In this document: one piece after another, positions 25,661 through 39,575 of the stretch
How positions within the stretch are numbered: position 1 is the stretch's first letter
Layout of the letters: each line of letters opens with the position of its first letter
Source: Octopus sinensis
Taxonomy: Eukaryota
Direction of reading: 5' to 3'
DNA: 64,000 nt
Assembly (NCBI RefSeq): GCF_006345805.1
Contig: NC_043004.1
Coordinates: 64,728,001 to 64,792,000 of the forward strand
The notes under the pieces: generated by a model
Database searches by the model: none
Told to the model about the DNA's origin: nothing
The model's input: only the letters and a program-made list of their open reading frames with translations
Translations under genes and position numbers: made by a program

Positions 25661-26856
25661 ACGCATAAGTATGTATTTCGATGTATCTGTCCACATGTGT
25701 AGATTTATATAGAGATGTATGTCTTTATATATTCATATACAGAATTGTATACAGAAATGCTTGTGTGTGTGTGTGTGTGTTTGTAATTTTTGGAACCAGT
25801 GATCAAAGAGACCAGAAATCCAAAAAGGACTCAGTAAGGTTAGATGAGAACCATTTAGTGAATAGTTATATTATGCAGATTTAATGTTATAGAAGCCAGA
25901 AAAAAAAATGCTTTCACTATTTCAATAGCCCTTCTGAGACTGTAGATTTTGAATATGTAAATACACTCTTCACACACATATATATATATATATCAGAATA
26001 TCTTTTTGTGATTCAAATGTCTTGGAACAAATTTGATTCATAAGTTCACACAAAACATGATATCACAGATATAGGGAAAGGTAGATTAACCAGATGATAT
26101 CATTTAAGCCTTCGCACTCATGTATGCACATATTAATCAGTTGATGTACCGCACAATATTTTGGCTAAACACATGTGTAAGGTAGACTTGCAATGAATAA
26201 ATAAAAGATATTGAATTTCACCAGATTGATCTTTATCTTTGCTGACTGTAGAGTGATAAACTTGTGGTTTAATCACAATACCTGCCTCAAACTAGGCTCT
26301 AAAAGCTGGTATGTTCAGAAGTCTTCTTACATTTATCTGCTAGTGCTGGTGCCATGAAAAGAGCACCCAGTATGCTTTGTAAAGTGGTTGGCATTACAAT
26401 GGACATTCAACCATAGAAACCATGACTGCAGTGAGACATTATAGTACATGATCCTCTGCTTCATCTGAATTTTTTCTCTTCATCCAACCTATGTCAGCAT
26501 AGCAACCAGATGATGATGTATGCATGCATTTGTATGCGTTTTTACATCATCTTGGCCTAACAGCCCTAAATATCTGTCTTTGTTGATTGTTTAATTCTGT
26601 ACGTCCACTCTGGTGTCATTTGTTTGTTTGAAGCCCTAACCCTCCACAAATTTTCTATTTTTTAAATTTCTGGATGCTACTGTCTTATCAAGGTTTCCTG
26701 TCTCGTCATTAAAAGCACAAAACATGGAGTAATATCGCAGTCAACAATTGAGGTTTCTTTTCCTATTTTGTCCCGTACTTATCTCTCATGTCTTTATGCA
26801 TTTTTCATTCATTGCTGATGGATGTCCTCTTCTTAAAGCGTATTTTTCATTTATTT

Positions 26857-26910
<54 letters not shown>

Positions 26911-29104
26911 CAGACAGATACTGATATATGTGCATATAGATAGAGAGGTAGATAGATAGATAGATATTGACACATGTGTATATGTATGTATATTTATATA
27001 GGGTATACGTTATATATGCATGTGTTGTGAGTGTATATATATATATATAAGAATTCCTCTTCTCAACCATTATCATATTATCTGAGTCATATACAATACT
27101 ATTTAAATTGTTTCCTTAGTTTTATTGTACTTTTTGTTCTTCATTTATTTCTAATTATTCAATTATTTGCTTTCCCATTATTAAGAGAATTCACTGACTA
27201 CTTTATAATGGTTATTAAATAATAGTTCCGTTTTATTGCTAAGCAAAATACAATTTTGATGGAATTACAATAAAATACTGCTGCTGCTGCTGCTGCTACT
27301 ACAACTACAACTGCTACTATTATTACTATGGGTAATAATGATCATCATTGTTGCTATCAACATTTGCATCTCTATAACTAACAACAAAGCCTCTGTACAT
27401 TTGCAAGACCCGCCATTAGCAGCTAAATTTCTCTCAAGTGTTACCACAGATAAGCAAAACGATAGCATAGACACAGCTGGAATGTCTTTTATCATAGTTT
27501 TTGCAAAATTAAAGTTCATCTTGGATTAAGGAACAATGTTTGAATTTCCATTCTTTCATGATGGTTTGGATGGATCTATAACAGCTTCGTATTCACTCAA
27601 CTCTGTCTTTTTGTCATTTTCTGTAATGCCTGAAATCTGACTTGTCCAACTTGGAAAAAGGATAAGCTGTAAGGATAAACATAGATGTTTATACATATGT
27701 GAATGTGTGTGTGTGTGGGTGTGTGTGTGTTTGTTCTTGAATGTACTAATACTATGAAATATTGCTCAGAGATTCTCATATAAGAAACTTGCGTATGTTT
27801 TCCAACCTGTAACTAAATCATTTTGTAGAAAGGAAACTCTTGATGTTCTTCTTAAACCATAAATAATAATAATAATAATAATAATAATAATTTTTAAACT
27901 ACATACTTTCAAATAAATATCAGATGAAGATGAGTTATATCTATGTCATACATAGCAAATTATAGATATACACCAGAAATAGTTTAAAGTAAAATCAAAT
28001 GTATTAGGTATTCATTTATTAAATCATTATCAAAGCATAGTAAATATATGAATTTATGTTGAAAATATAGTGTGATGTACAAATAGTAGATTTTTAATAA
28101 GTATTATTAAAATACATGATATATATGGAAAATAATTCAGAAATTATTTGAGAAAATATTTATTTTAAATGCAAGCATGGCTTTGTAGCCTTGGGTCCAG
28201 TCCCACTATGCATCATCTTGGGCGTGTCTTCTACTGTAGCCCCGGGTAAATCAAAGCCCTGTGAACAGATTTAGTAGATAGAAACTGAAAAAAAGCTCAT
28301 TGTGTGTGTGCATGCATGTGTCTTTGTGCTGTGTTCATCCAGCCAGTGTTGGTTTGTTTATATTCCTGTAACTTAATGGTTCTGCTAAAGAGACTGATAA
28401 CATAAGCACCTGATTATTAAGACAAAATTACTGCTCCAGCATGGCCAACGACTGAAATAAAAGATAAAGATATAACATGAAATGTACTTATATAAATGTT
28501 ACTAAAACTATTTTAAAGCATTCAAAAATGCAAAACAAAATTTTAGGAATATCGTTTCTATCAATATTATAGAATAAAAACAAAATTTATTATATATTAA
28601 TTAGTTTTACGTCATATAACATTTATATTATTTATATATTTGCTCATTTAAATATTAAGATTTAATTTAAACTATATTTAAATTTACCAGCATATTTGTT
28701 TATTAAATTTATTAATAGTATTTCTATGAAAAATACATTTAACTATTTAAATTTTCTGTTTCTTCTTAATTCGGAGTTTATTAATTTTTTCGTTTTTAAT
28801 TAATTTGTGGTGTTAATTCTATATTTTATTTAGTTTTGTAGTTTGTTCATTAAAAAAATTCCATTTTTAATTTAATATTAACTGAAATATATTTTTTATT
28901 TGTGCTAACTTTTATTTAGTTTTCAATTATATAGTAACTCATTAATCAGCATGCATTCGTAAAAGTTCTAATAAATATAGAGTTTAATTATTAGTTTAAC
29001 ATTCATTAAAATATGCTGGTGCAAGATATTCAATTTAATATTATTTAGTTCAAGATTGCTCAAGAGAGAAAATATTTTTATCATGGTGTGTGTGTGTGTG
29101 TGTG

Positions 29105-29485
29105 TATTTGAGTGTTGGGCCTCATGAAGGTAAAGTGGCTGGTGCTTGTGGCACATGTAAAGCACCTTTTGAGTGTGGGGCCTCATGGAAGCAATGATGA
29201 ATGACTGAGATCTTTGGCATTATGCCATGCTTGAGAAGAAGAGCCATCAAGCCAAGTAAAACCGCAGTCATGGCAGATATTGATGTCATGCAAATGGCAC
29301 CTGTGCCAGTGACATGTAAAACCATCCATTACACTCTCGGAGTGGTTGGTATTAGGAAAGGCATCCAACAATAGAAACCGTGCCAGATCAGACTGGAGTC
29401 TGGTACAGCCTTCCAGCATGCCAGCCCTGGTAAAACCGTCCAACCCATGCCAGCATAGACAACGGGTGTTAAATGATGATGATGA
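29105..29485 (+). mobile_element. RTE 3'-end / family C composite
   Basis: Decayed RTE C-terminus (GLMEAMMND*DLWHYAMLEK) interleaved with gtggcacatgtaaagcacc motifs, then the family-C tail. Confidence 0.75.
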
Positions 29486-30025
29486 TGATATATATATATA
29501 TATATATAAGCTGGCACTCTAGCAGTTATGACAATGAGTATTCCAGTTGATCCAATCAACAGAACATCCTGCTCTGGAAATTAACCTGCAAGTGGCTGAG
29601 TACTCCACAGACATGTGTAGTAATCTTAATGTAGTTTTCAGGGAGATTCAGCAGGGCACAGAAGGGGACAAGGCCGGCCCCTTTGAAATACAGGTACAAC
29701 TCATTTTTGCCAGCTGAGTGGACTGGAGTAATGTGAAATAAAGTGTCTTGCTCAAGGATGCAATGCACCTCTAAGTATTGAACTCAGGACCTTCTGATTG
29801 AGAGCCAAGTAGCCCAACCACTAAGCCATGCATCTTCACACACACACACATACATACATACATACATATATATATATATCGTTTTTGGATTTGGTTTGCA
29901 AAATGCAACGAAAATTTTAGAAAAAATAAATGAGTGGAAACTAAACCAGTGAGTGTGTTAAATAATAAGGCACTAAAAAAGAATGACTCTCCCCAGACAC
30001 AACCATATATATATATATATTATCT

Positions 30026-30390
30026 ATTATTTGTTTTGGTCATTAGACTGTGACCATGCTGGGGTACCACCTTGAAGTATTTTTAGGCGAATGAATTGCC
30101 CCCCCTCCACAGTACTTTTTCTCTTTTTAAACCTGGTTCTTATTCTGTCAGTCTCTCTTGCCAAACCACTAAGTTATGGGGATGTGAACACACCAACACC
30201 AGTTGTCTAGCAGTGGGTGTGGGTGACAAACACAGACAGAGAGACACGCTCACACACACGATGGGCTTCTTTCAGGTTCCATCTACCAAATCCACTCATA
30301 AGGCTTTGGTCAACCTGAGGCTACAGTAGAAGACATTTTCCCTAGGTGCCATACACTAGAACTGAACCCAAAACCATGTGGTTGGGAAAA
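30026..30390 (-). mobile_element. SINE family A (diverged). Other diverged or partial copies lie at about 28170-28470 (+), 33980-34320 (-), 39910-40105 (-) and 44457-44610 (+).
   Basis: Recognisable head, body and tail modules. Confidence 0.75.
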
Positions 30391-31400
30391 CAATTGTATG
30401 TGTGTATGGTTAGATAGCTGTATGTGTATGTCTTAGGACATGTTGAATTCTGTCAGTCTGTCCAACACATGCCAGCATGGATCATGGACATTAAAGGATG
30501 ACAATACACATGGCTTTTAGCTTCTCTCTACCAAATGCTCATCAAGGCATGTGACTTAGTGGTGAGGGCATTCAGCTCACAATTGTAAGGTCATGAGTTC
30601 AATCCCTGATGGCAGGCTGTGTCCTTGAGCAAGACATTTTACTTCATGTTGCTCCAGTCCACTCAGCTCCCCAAAAGGAGTAGTACTTGTAATTCAAGGG
30701 GGTCTACATTAAGGGTATGCATGCCTGTGGAGTGCTCAGCCACTTGAACGTTAATTTCACAAGCAGGCTATTCTGTTGATCAAATCAACTGGAACCTTTG
30801 TCAATATAACCGATGGAGTGCCACTTACCAAATCCTCACATGCTTTTGGTAGAAGTCATTTGCCCAAGGTGAGACTGAACCTGAACTAAATGATTGGCAA
30901 GCAAACACCTTAACCACATTGCCATGCCTACACCCTGCTCACCCCCACCCCAATATGCTGGCACTATCTTACCTCATATATAAACAGCCTGGTTGTAAAT
31001 GTATGCTGGGTTCTAATCCACCCAGAAACTGAACAAGAACCAACCCTACAGGACTGAAATACAGATTCTTCAATTCTTTGACACATAAGTTCTTTCTTTT
31101 GAGGAATTTAGTTTTAAAAAATGGTTTTAGAGCAAAACAAGAAATAATATCTTACATTTGAATATTCTCCAATATTAAGCAATTAGACCTCCCACATATA
31201 AGACATTGTATTTAAATAATTATTTAAACAATCATTATAAGTTCTTGTAATTTATTTCCTTCCTTTATTGGTATATCCATCAATACCCATGTGTGTATAT
31301 GTGTATGCCTGTTTACATATATATATACACGTGTGTGTATATGCATATACATATATGTGTGTGTGTGTGTATATATTGTGTGTGTGTATATATGTATGTA

Positions 31401-31492
<92 letters not shown>

Positions 31493-31621
31493 ATCAGAAT
31501 ATGATATTTTATTTATCTGAACACTTGTATTTCACATACAAAACTTTAAAAAAAAACACACACACACACACTACCAACTTTCTTAATGATCAACAATAAT
31601 AATTAATGAATATAATAATAA

Positions 31622-31652
<31 letters not shown>

Positions 31653-32293
31653 AACAATGATAATAATAATAATAATAATAATAATATTAATAATAATAAC
31701 AACAACAATGATAATAATAATGAGCTATTGATTTCTTTTATTGGCCATGTGGGCCCAAAAGGTGTTGGAGACCAGGACGAAATACAAAACAATGTAGAAT
31801 TTACATTGAGTTAAAACAGTAGAAGGAACAATGGTAACATAGAACCATAACACTTTCCAATTCTGTATATTTCTAAACAAGTCCTTATTACCCTACTAAA
31901 TCACACAAACAAACAATTATCAGGGAAAAAAATAATTGAAAATAGATTTTTTTTCTTTTGGTTTTTCTGGGGTGTTTTTTTATTTGTTTGTTTGTTTGTC
32001 TTAAAACACACACAAACAGAGAAACAGACATACAGACAGACATGCAATTATTTGTCTAAACAAAGAGAAAACTCAACAGACAAAACAAATAAAAAACAAT
32101 GTGTATTGTTTACTTGTTGTTGTCGTTATCTCCATAATGACATTGTATAATGATCTTTATATAGGTGTATTTTATTTATTTTTTATTTGTGTGTATATTG
32201 GAAATAAGTTTTTATCAATGGGTATTGATAACACACTTACACATATATATACATACACACATACATAGATGTATGTATATATATATATATGTG

Positions 32294-32328
<35 letters not shown>

Positions 32329-32383
32329 ATATATATATGTATATATATATATGTATATATATGTATATATATGTATATATATG

Positions 32384-32425
<42 letters not shown>

Positions 32426-32481
32426 AATATGTATATATATGTATATATGTATATATAAATATGTATATATATGTATATATG

Positions 32482-32520
<39 letters not shown>

Positions 32521-32754
32521 ATATATATATATTCTATAAATCAATGCTATGTATCGATCTTTGACACAAAGCTACAAACAATTCTATTGAAATTCAGTGA
32601 AGAGACAGCAAAAAGGTGAACTACCTGAGTTGAAAGATTCTTGTCCTTTCAGCCCCCGCCCTTGTCTCTCTCTATGTTCAGGTTATTGCTTAGTGTCTTC
32701 TTTGCCCTGGAGTTAGATCTGATCAAAAAGTCCAATGGCAAAAGCACATCATGG

Positions 32755-33090
32755 ATATGGTTCAGTGGTTAGAGTGTTGGACTCACAATCATGAGGTAGG
32801 GAGTTTGACTCCAGGACTGGGCTCTGCCTTGTGTTCTTGAGCAAGACACTTTATTTCATGTTGCTCCAGTTCACTCAGCTGTAGAAATGAGTTGCAACAT
32901 CACAGCTGCCAAGCTGTATCGGCCTTTGTCTTTCCCTTGGATAACCTCAGTGGCATGAGGAGTGGAGACTGGTATGCATGGGTGACTGCTGGTCTTCCAT
33001 AAACGCCCTTGCTTGGACTTGTGCCTCGGAGGGTAACTTTCTAGGTCCAATTCCATGGTCATTTATGACTGAAGGGGATCTTTACCCTTT
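32755..33090 (+). mobile_element. SINE family E (tRNA-like head plus gtgttcttgagcaagacact core). Related copies lie at about 7505-7690 (+), 18770-19030 (+), 22420-22630 (-), 29510-29830 (-), 30545-30830 (+) and 40260-40545 (+).
   Basis: A-box gtggttagagtgtt, B-box-like gagtt.gattcc, shared core; tails differ between copies. Confidence 0.72.
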
Positions 33091-33099
33091 TATACATCA

Positions 33100-33500
33100 T
33101 CATCATTATTTAACGTCTATTTTCCATGGTGGCATGGGTTGGATGCTTTGACTGAAGCTGGTATGGTCAGGGGCTGCATCAGGCTCCATTGTCTGCTTTG
33201 GTTCAGTTTCTATGGCTGGATACCCTTTCTAATGCCAACCACCCCACAGAGTGTGCTGGGTGCTTTTTATGTGACACCAAGACTAATACTTTTAATGTGA
33301 CATCCCCACAAGTACTTCTTATGTGACACCAGCACCAGTATCAATTCTGCAGTGGTGAATGGGTCTCCTTGAGTACAGCAATGCACCAGATATCTTGGCC
33401 CTTAGTCATCTCCTTCATAAGGCTCAGTGTCTTGAGATCAGCCTTCAATACTTTGTCCCATGTCTTCTTGGGTTTTCCGCTTCCGCAACTTCTAGTTCAT
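33100..33500 (-). mobile_element. RTE-clade LINE 3' fragment
   Basis: Minus strand reads GKPKKTWDKVLKADLKTLSLMKEMTKGQDIW..AVLKET, followed by the family-C tail and (GAT)n. Confidence 0.75.
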
Positions 33501-34922
33501 GACCATGTATGCATGTATGTATGCATGTATAGTCCTGGAATATGACACATGTTTAATAATGCCAACTGCTTGGAAAGTTGCAGATTTGTTGGATATAACT
33601 ACGGATCACAAATGAAAGCAACTGCTGCAGCTTGAGCTCTCAGTAAAGTATCCCTCTATTACTAGCATTTTAGCTGACAGGTTCCAAATTTGGTAATAAC
33701 ACCCTCTCAATAGTCTCAGTAACACTAGGAAGTTGTAAGTATAGCCAACCCATCTCTGACCAAACCATTAAAATTACAAAAATATATGGACTGCATCATG
33801 GCTGATTGTGAAGAGGCAGCATAAGATCCCACTAGAGTCAATGGTGCTTCCTATATTGATGCTGAGCAGAGGAATCCTAGAAGATCAATGATCAGATCAC
33901 CAAGTTCTATATACACAAGGGAGTTAGCATTTCAGACATGCATAACCTTAATGTAATTCTTGGGCAGAATTACCTGGTACTTAATCTATCAGTACTGGTA
34001 CTTAATCTATCAGTCTCTTTTGCTAAACCACTAAGTTATAGGGATGTAAACTCACCAACACAAGTTGTCAAGCAGTAGTGAAAGTCAAACACAGCAAAAT
34101 GCACACAGCTATATATAAATATATATGTATGTATGTATACATACACACACTTATATACACGACAAGCTTTTTACAGTTTCCATCTACCAAATCCACTCAC
34201 AAAGTTTTGGTTGGCCCAAGGCTATAGAAGACACTCACCCAAGGTGCTTCACAGAGGGACTGAACCTGGAACTATGGGGTTGGGAAGGTAAACTTTTTAT
34301 CACACAGCCATGTCTGCACCTATATATATTGCGTTTTTAAACACAGCACATCCATAAGAGATTTTATCTTTGGATATATACTGCAATAAATTTCCCATTC
34401 TATGATGTATATAGATTAAGTATGATACATAGATAGCCAGATATATGTACATATATATATATATATATATATATGTATAAGGCGGCGAGCTGGCAGAAAC
34501 GTTAGCACGCTGGGCGAAATGCGTAGCCGTATTTCGTCTGGCGTTACGTTATGAGTTCAAATTCCACCGAGGTCGACTTTGCCTTTCATCCTTTCGGATG
34601 AAACGAGTGGCTTGTAAACGGTATCCAAAGGGAATGAGTTTGGTATTTTATTTATTACACACGAATAAACGACCATATTTTATTAACCCAATAACTAAAT
34701 TCTTCACGTTTAGTTGTAACTTATGAATGACAAAAGTAGTGCCGTCACCGTCACCTCGGGTCATCACCATGGATTGACCAATCAGAAGCAGAGCTGTCAC
34801 CATGACCTCAGGTCATCACCATGGATTGACCAATCAGAAGCAACGCTCGCAGTATCTGACATATGTTAGATACCAAAAATATCTCAAAGTGTTCTCACTC
34901 ACATGTGTGTAATAAATATATA

Positions 34923-34955
<33 letters not shown>

Positions 34956-35131
34956 ATATATGGTTATCTAAGAATCAATAAGTCCTAAGAAAACAGGCAA
35001 TCATATATCTGTCCATACAGTGTGTATATTAATATAGATCTGTTTCACCAGTTGCTTTAGCAAGTGAGAGTTTAAGGAAAAACTCAAAGCTCACACTCAG
35101 TGAAATCAATTAGTAAAATCAGCTGAAACAC

Positions 35132-35181
<50 letters not shown>

Positions 35182-35188
35182 TATATAT

Positions 35189-35220
<32 letters not shown>

Positions 35221-35447
35221 TATTCAACTAGAACCAACACACCCAAGAAAAATGTTATCTCAACACAGACTCTATAAAGCCAAGACAAACTTAAATGCAT
35301 CACAGTCTAATGATTGCTTAGCTCGCAAACACTTCAAAGTCACTGGCAATACTATTCCTTTTAAAGAATAATAAATTTGTACTCTACAAAATATAGAGTG
35401 ACCCTTCTGATTAATGTAAAATTGTTTTTATTATAGCATAAAAGCAA

Positions 35448-35659
35448 GACGGCAAGCTGGCAGAAATGTTAGCACACCGGGCGAAATGCTTAGCAGTATT
35501 TTGTCTGTCTTTACGCTCTGAGTTCAAATTCTGTTGAGGTTGACTTTGCCTTTCATCCTTTTGGGGTCAGTAAATTAAGTGCCAGTTGCATACTGGGGTC
35601 GAGCTAATCGACTGGCCCCCTCCTCAAGAATTTCGGGCCTTGTGCCAACAGTAGAAAAG
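35448..35659 (+). mobile_element. SINE family B with 18-bp target-site duplication
   Basis: attatagcataaaagcaa occurs at 35430-35447 and 35660-35677. Confidence 0.9.
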
Positions 35660-35984
35660 ATTATAGCATAAAAGCAAAAATTAATATACAAACGGAGTAC
35701 TGAAAGGTTCCTCGTTTTAAGGGTATCGTGAAAGGCCTGGCTGGAGGCTCAAGCTTCAGAGTATTTTTACATAGAAATTCTGAAGGACCACTGCAGCAAG
35801 TGTGTGAACCTGAGCGGAGGGGAATATGTTGGATAAAATCATAATTAACTGATCCTCCTGCTTGTTTCTTTTACCCAAAGCCAGGAACTCTTGTGTGTAT
35901 GTATGTATATGTATGTATGTATATGTATGTATGTATGTGTGTGTGTATGTGTGTGTGTGTGTGTGTAAATATAAGAATGGCTGT

Positions 35985-36350
35985 ATGGTTAAAAAATTTG
36001 CTTCCAAACCATATGGTTTCAGGTTCAGTCCCACTGTGTGGAACTTTGAGCACTGTCTTCTACTGTAGCCTCAGGCTGACCAAAGCCTTGTGATTGGATT
36101 TGGTAAGCAGTATAGAGGAAGCAGCCTCTCAGACATGTGTGTGCCTGTTTGTTTGTGCTTCTTTGTCAGTTATACAAGCAGTGTCATTCATTTCCAATAT
36201 TCCATGACAAAATGTCTTGTCATGAAAAGATATCGCTTTGCTTAGAAACGAGTGAAGGCTGGCACCAGGAAGGGCAACAAGTTGTAGAAAATCTACCTGA
36301 ATGAATTCCATCTGACACATTGCAAGCATAGAAAAGTAGATGTTGAAACA
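35985..36350 (+). mobile_element. SINE with family-A head/body but RTE-type tail (also about 46330-46770)
   Basis: A-type head followed by caagcagtgtcattcattt...ggaagggca..gtagaaaatct..catctga..gcaagcat.gaaaagt, ending like family C. Confidence 0.7.
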
Positions 36351-36469
36351 ATTATATATTCTCCATAGTTATTATTTTGCTTGAATAATACCATTTCTTC
36401 AGAATAATGAAATTTCTAACTAATGATTTTTATGTCATTAATAATAAATAAATATACACACACACACAC

Positions 36470-36530
<61 letters not shown>

Positions 36531-37124
36531 CATTACATATAAATAATTGTGTATAAATATATATAATTTTATCACATGTATATTTACATATTACATGTGT
36601 GTGTGTTATTCTTACACAAAAGTATAAAGTAGATATATATATATATAAGCAATTGCAGTGTAGAAGATGTTTATAAGCTATTTAAAAACACACAAAAACC
36701 ATTAGATTCACTTCAACATTTAAATTTCATTTGCCAAAATATCTTCCAGCGCTTTGAGACCACAACCTGTTCACGGCTTATAAACACCTTTCACGCTGCA
36801 ATTGTTTTTGTTTCAACATACAATCTCAGATCAGGTTACTTGCTATGCAAGTACATCTCCATAAAATATATATATAAGCACATAGAATACAGTAAACTTC
36901 TCGCCTATAAATTTTAATAATTCTATATATTAAAAGAAACAAATAAAAGTTAGAAATGCCAATAATTATAATAATCCATTATACCTCATAAATTTTTCTT
37001 CATACAAATTGTTTTTCTGTTTTATCAACTCAGAAATGTTTTTATTTACACACTTTTTTTTGTTCACTGTCAAAATTAAGTAATCTGTCAAAATTTGTAT
37101 ATAAAATGCGACACTGTATATATG

Positions 37125-37233
37125 TGTGTGTGTGTGTGTGTGTGTATTTTTATATACTATGTACACAGTTAGTATATACATATATATGTACACTGTGAGT
37201 ATATATATATATATATATATATGTACACTGTTA

Positions 37234-37304
<71 letters not shown>

Positions 37305-37493
37305 TCTGTAGATAAGTGTTTTTATTGATTTGCACATACATTAAACATATTTCATGCATGTCTGTGCGTGTATATATATATATGTGTGTGTGTGGTGTGT
37401 GTGTATTTTTATATACTATGTACACAGTTAGTATATACATATATATGTACACTGTGAGTATATATATTATATATATATATATGTACACTGTTA

Positions 37494-37575
<82 letters not shown>

Positions 37576-37660
37576 TCTGTAGATAAGTGTTTTTATTGAT
37601 TTGCACATACATTAAACATATTTCATGCATGTCTGTGCGTGTATATATATATATGTGTGT
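37125..37660. repeat. Tandem duplication of about 260-270 bp including microsatellites
   Basis: Unique words (gtatttttatatactatgtacacag; gatgtctgtagataagtgtttttattg...) occur twice at offsets of 259-271 bp. Only the microsatellite lengths differ. Confidence 0.9.
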
Positions 37661-37684
37661 GTGTCTGTGTATGTTTATGCTCAG

Positions 37685-38065
37685 CTATGGCTGTGTAGTT
37701 AAGAATCTCACTTTGTAATCACATGGTTTGGAGTTCAGTTCCACTGTGCAGCATAGCACCATGGGCAAGTATCTGCCACTATATCCCTGGGACAGCCAAT
37801 GTCTTGCAAGGGAATTTGGTAAATGGAAACTATGTGGAAGCCCATCATGTGTGTGTGTTGTGTGTGCTTGTCCCTCACCACCCACTACTTGACAATCAGT
37901 GTTGGTTTCTTTACATTCATGTGATCTAGCAGTTCAGTAAAAGTGACTGACAGAATGATTACCAGACTTTAAAAAAATAAGTCCTGGGGTTGATTTGTTT
38001 AACTAAAATCCCTTCAAAGTGGTACCCCAGCATGGCCACAGTTGAATGACTGAAACAAAACATAA
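37685..38065 (+). mobile_element. SINE family A (diverged), just upstream of the CR1-group LINE
   Basis: Head ggctgtgtagttaag; tail ccagcatggccacagttgaatgactgaaac. Confidence 0.8.
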
Positions 38066-38142
38066 AAAAAAAATGATAAAAGATATATAGATAAATATAT
38101 ACAATCACAAATTTGTGTATATATCATCATCATCATCATCAT

Positions 38143-39575
38143 ATATCAGCAAGGTCATGGAACGAATAGTCAGAAGGAAACTAATCACCTTTCTTGAAGA
38201 AAATGACTTGCTGCCTAACACCCAACATGGTTTCCGACCTGGAAGAAGCTGCTTAACTCAGCTCCTACAACACTATGACTGGGTGCTGAAACGACTGCTC
38301 AACCACTCCAATGTGGAAGTCATATATCTCGACTTTGCAAAGGCCGTTGATAAAGTCGACCATGTAATGATATGTCACAAACTGTGTGATCTTGGCATAG
38401 TTGGAAAATTGGGAGAATGGCTTCATGACTTTCTGAAGGATAGAAGTCAGGTGGTAGTAGCCACTTCCATTAACACGCAAATAGTGAGCGGTGTTCCGCA
38501 AGGCACTGTTTTGGGACCACTACTGTTCATAATGGCCCTCTCAGACATGCCCTCAGACATGCAGAGAGCCACGAACACAAGTTATGCAGATGATACAAAA
38601 GTTTCACAGGCAGTACAGAACCCTGAGGACACTAAACACCTGCAATGTGAGCTGGACGAAATATACAAGTGGGCTGAAAAGAATAGCATGCAGTTCAATG
38701 CTGAAAAGTTTCAAGCTTTATGCTATCAGTATGCAAAACTAAATGCAATACCCAATAAATACACTGGACCTGGAGGGATTGCAATCCCAGAGGCACAATC
38801 AGTGCGAGACCTGGGTATTTACATGAGTGATGATGCAACCTTTCATGTGCATGTTGCTAAATTGGCAATGAAATGTAGGCGGCTGACCGGATGGATTCTT
38901 AGAACCTTTAGAACAAGAGACCAGGAAACCATGATGGTCCTCTGGAGGTGACTTGTCCTAAGCCACTTTGACTATTGCTCTCAGCTATGGTCACCATCCA
39001 GTGTCAAGTTAATCACAGAACCTGAGGCGATCCAACGAAGCTACACGAAGAAGATAGCCTCTGTGCAGCATATAAGCTATCGGGAAAGACTCAAGAGATT
39101 GAGACTCTATTCCTTAGAGCGTAGGTGAGAAAGATATGCCATAATATACATCTGGAAGATCCTAGAAGGACTTGTCCCAAACTTTGGCATCGAGTGTTAC
39201 ACAAATGCCAGAACTGGGCGCCACTGCACAGCGCCAAGTACTCCAAATTTGCCATCAAAATGTAGGACAAGATACTGTGATAGCCTGGGCTTCCGAGGCC
39301 CACACCTCTTCAATATCCTCCCGAAGAACCTAAGAGACCTGCATGGGGTGGATGCAGATGTCTTTAAAATAAAACTGGATCTCTTCTTGTCAGGTGTCCC
39401 AGATGAACCAACTTCACGGCAGGAGGTGCAGATGAGGACAGCCGCATCGAACCCTCTCATGCACCAAATGGCAATTGCTAAAAAGCATTCATGAAGTAAA
39501 ATCATGTAGCAACACCAAATGGCAGTGTCCCAGCATGGCCACAGCTTGTGAGCTGAAACTAGATAAAAAAAAAAA
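38143..39575 (+). mobile_element. 5'-truncated CR1/L2-group LINE (reverse transcriptase and 3' end), disrupted
   Basis: ORF 38115-38951 has QHGFRPGRSC, YLDFAKAVDKV, SGVPQGTVLGPLLF and YADDTK. It continues with stops through ORF 39249-39494 and ends ccagcatggccacagc..gctgaaactaga plus an A-rich tail. Confidence 0.93.

Noticed and set aside
28500-29060. Extremely AT-rich block suggesting a mitochondrial insertion
   Set aside because: No recognisable rRNA, tRNA or mitochondrial ORF motif; only a 12-bp inverted match (accagcatattt / aaatatgctggt).
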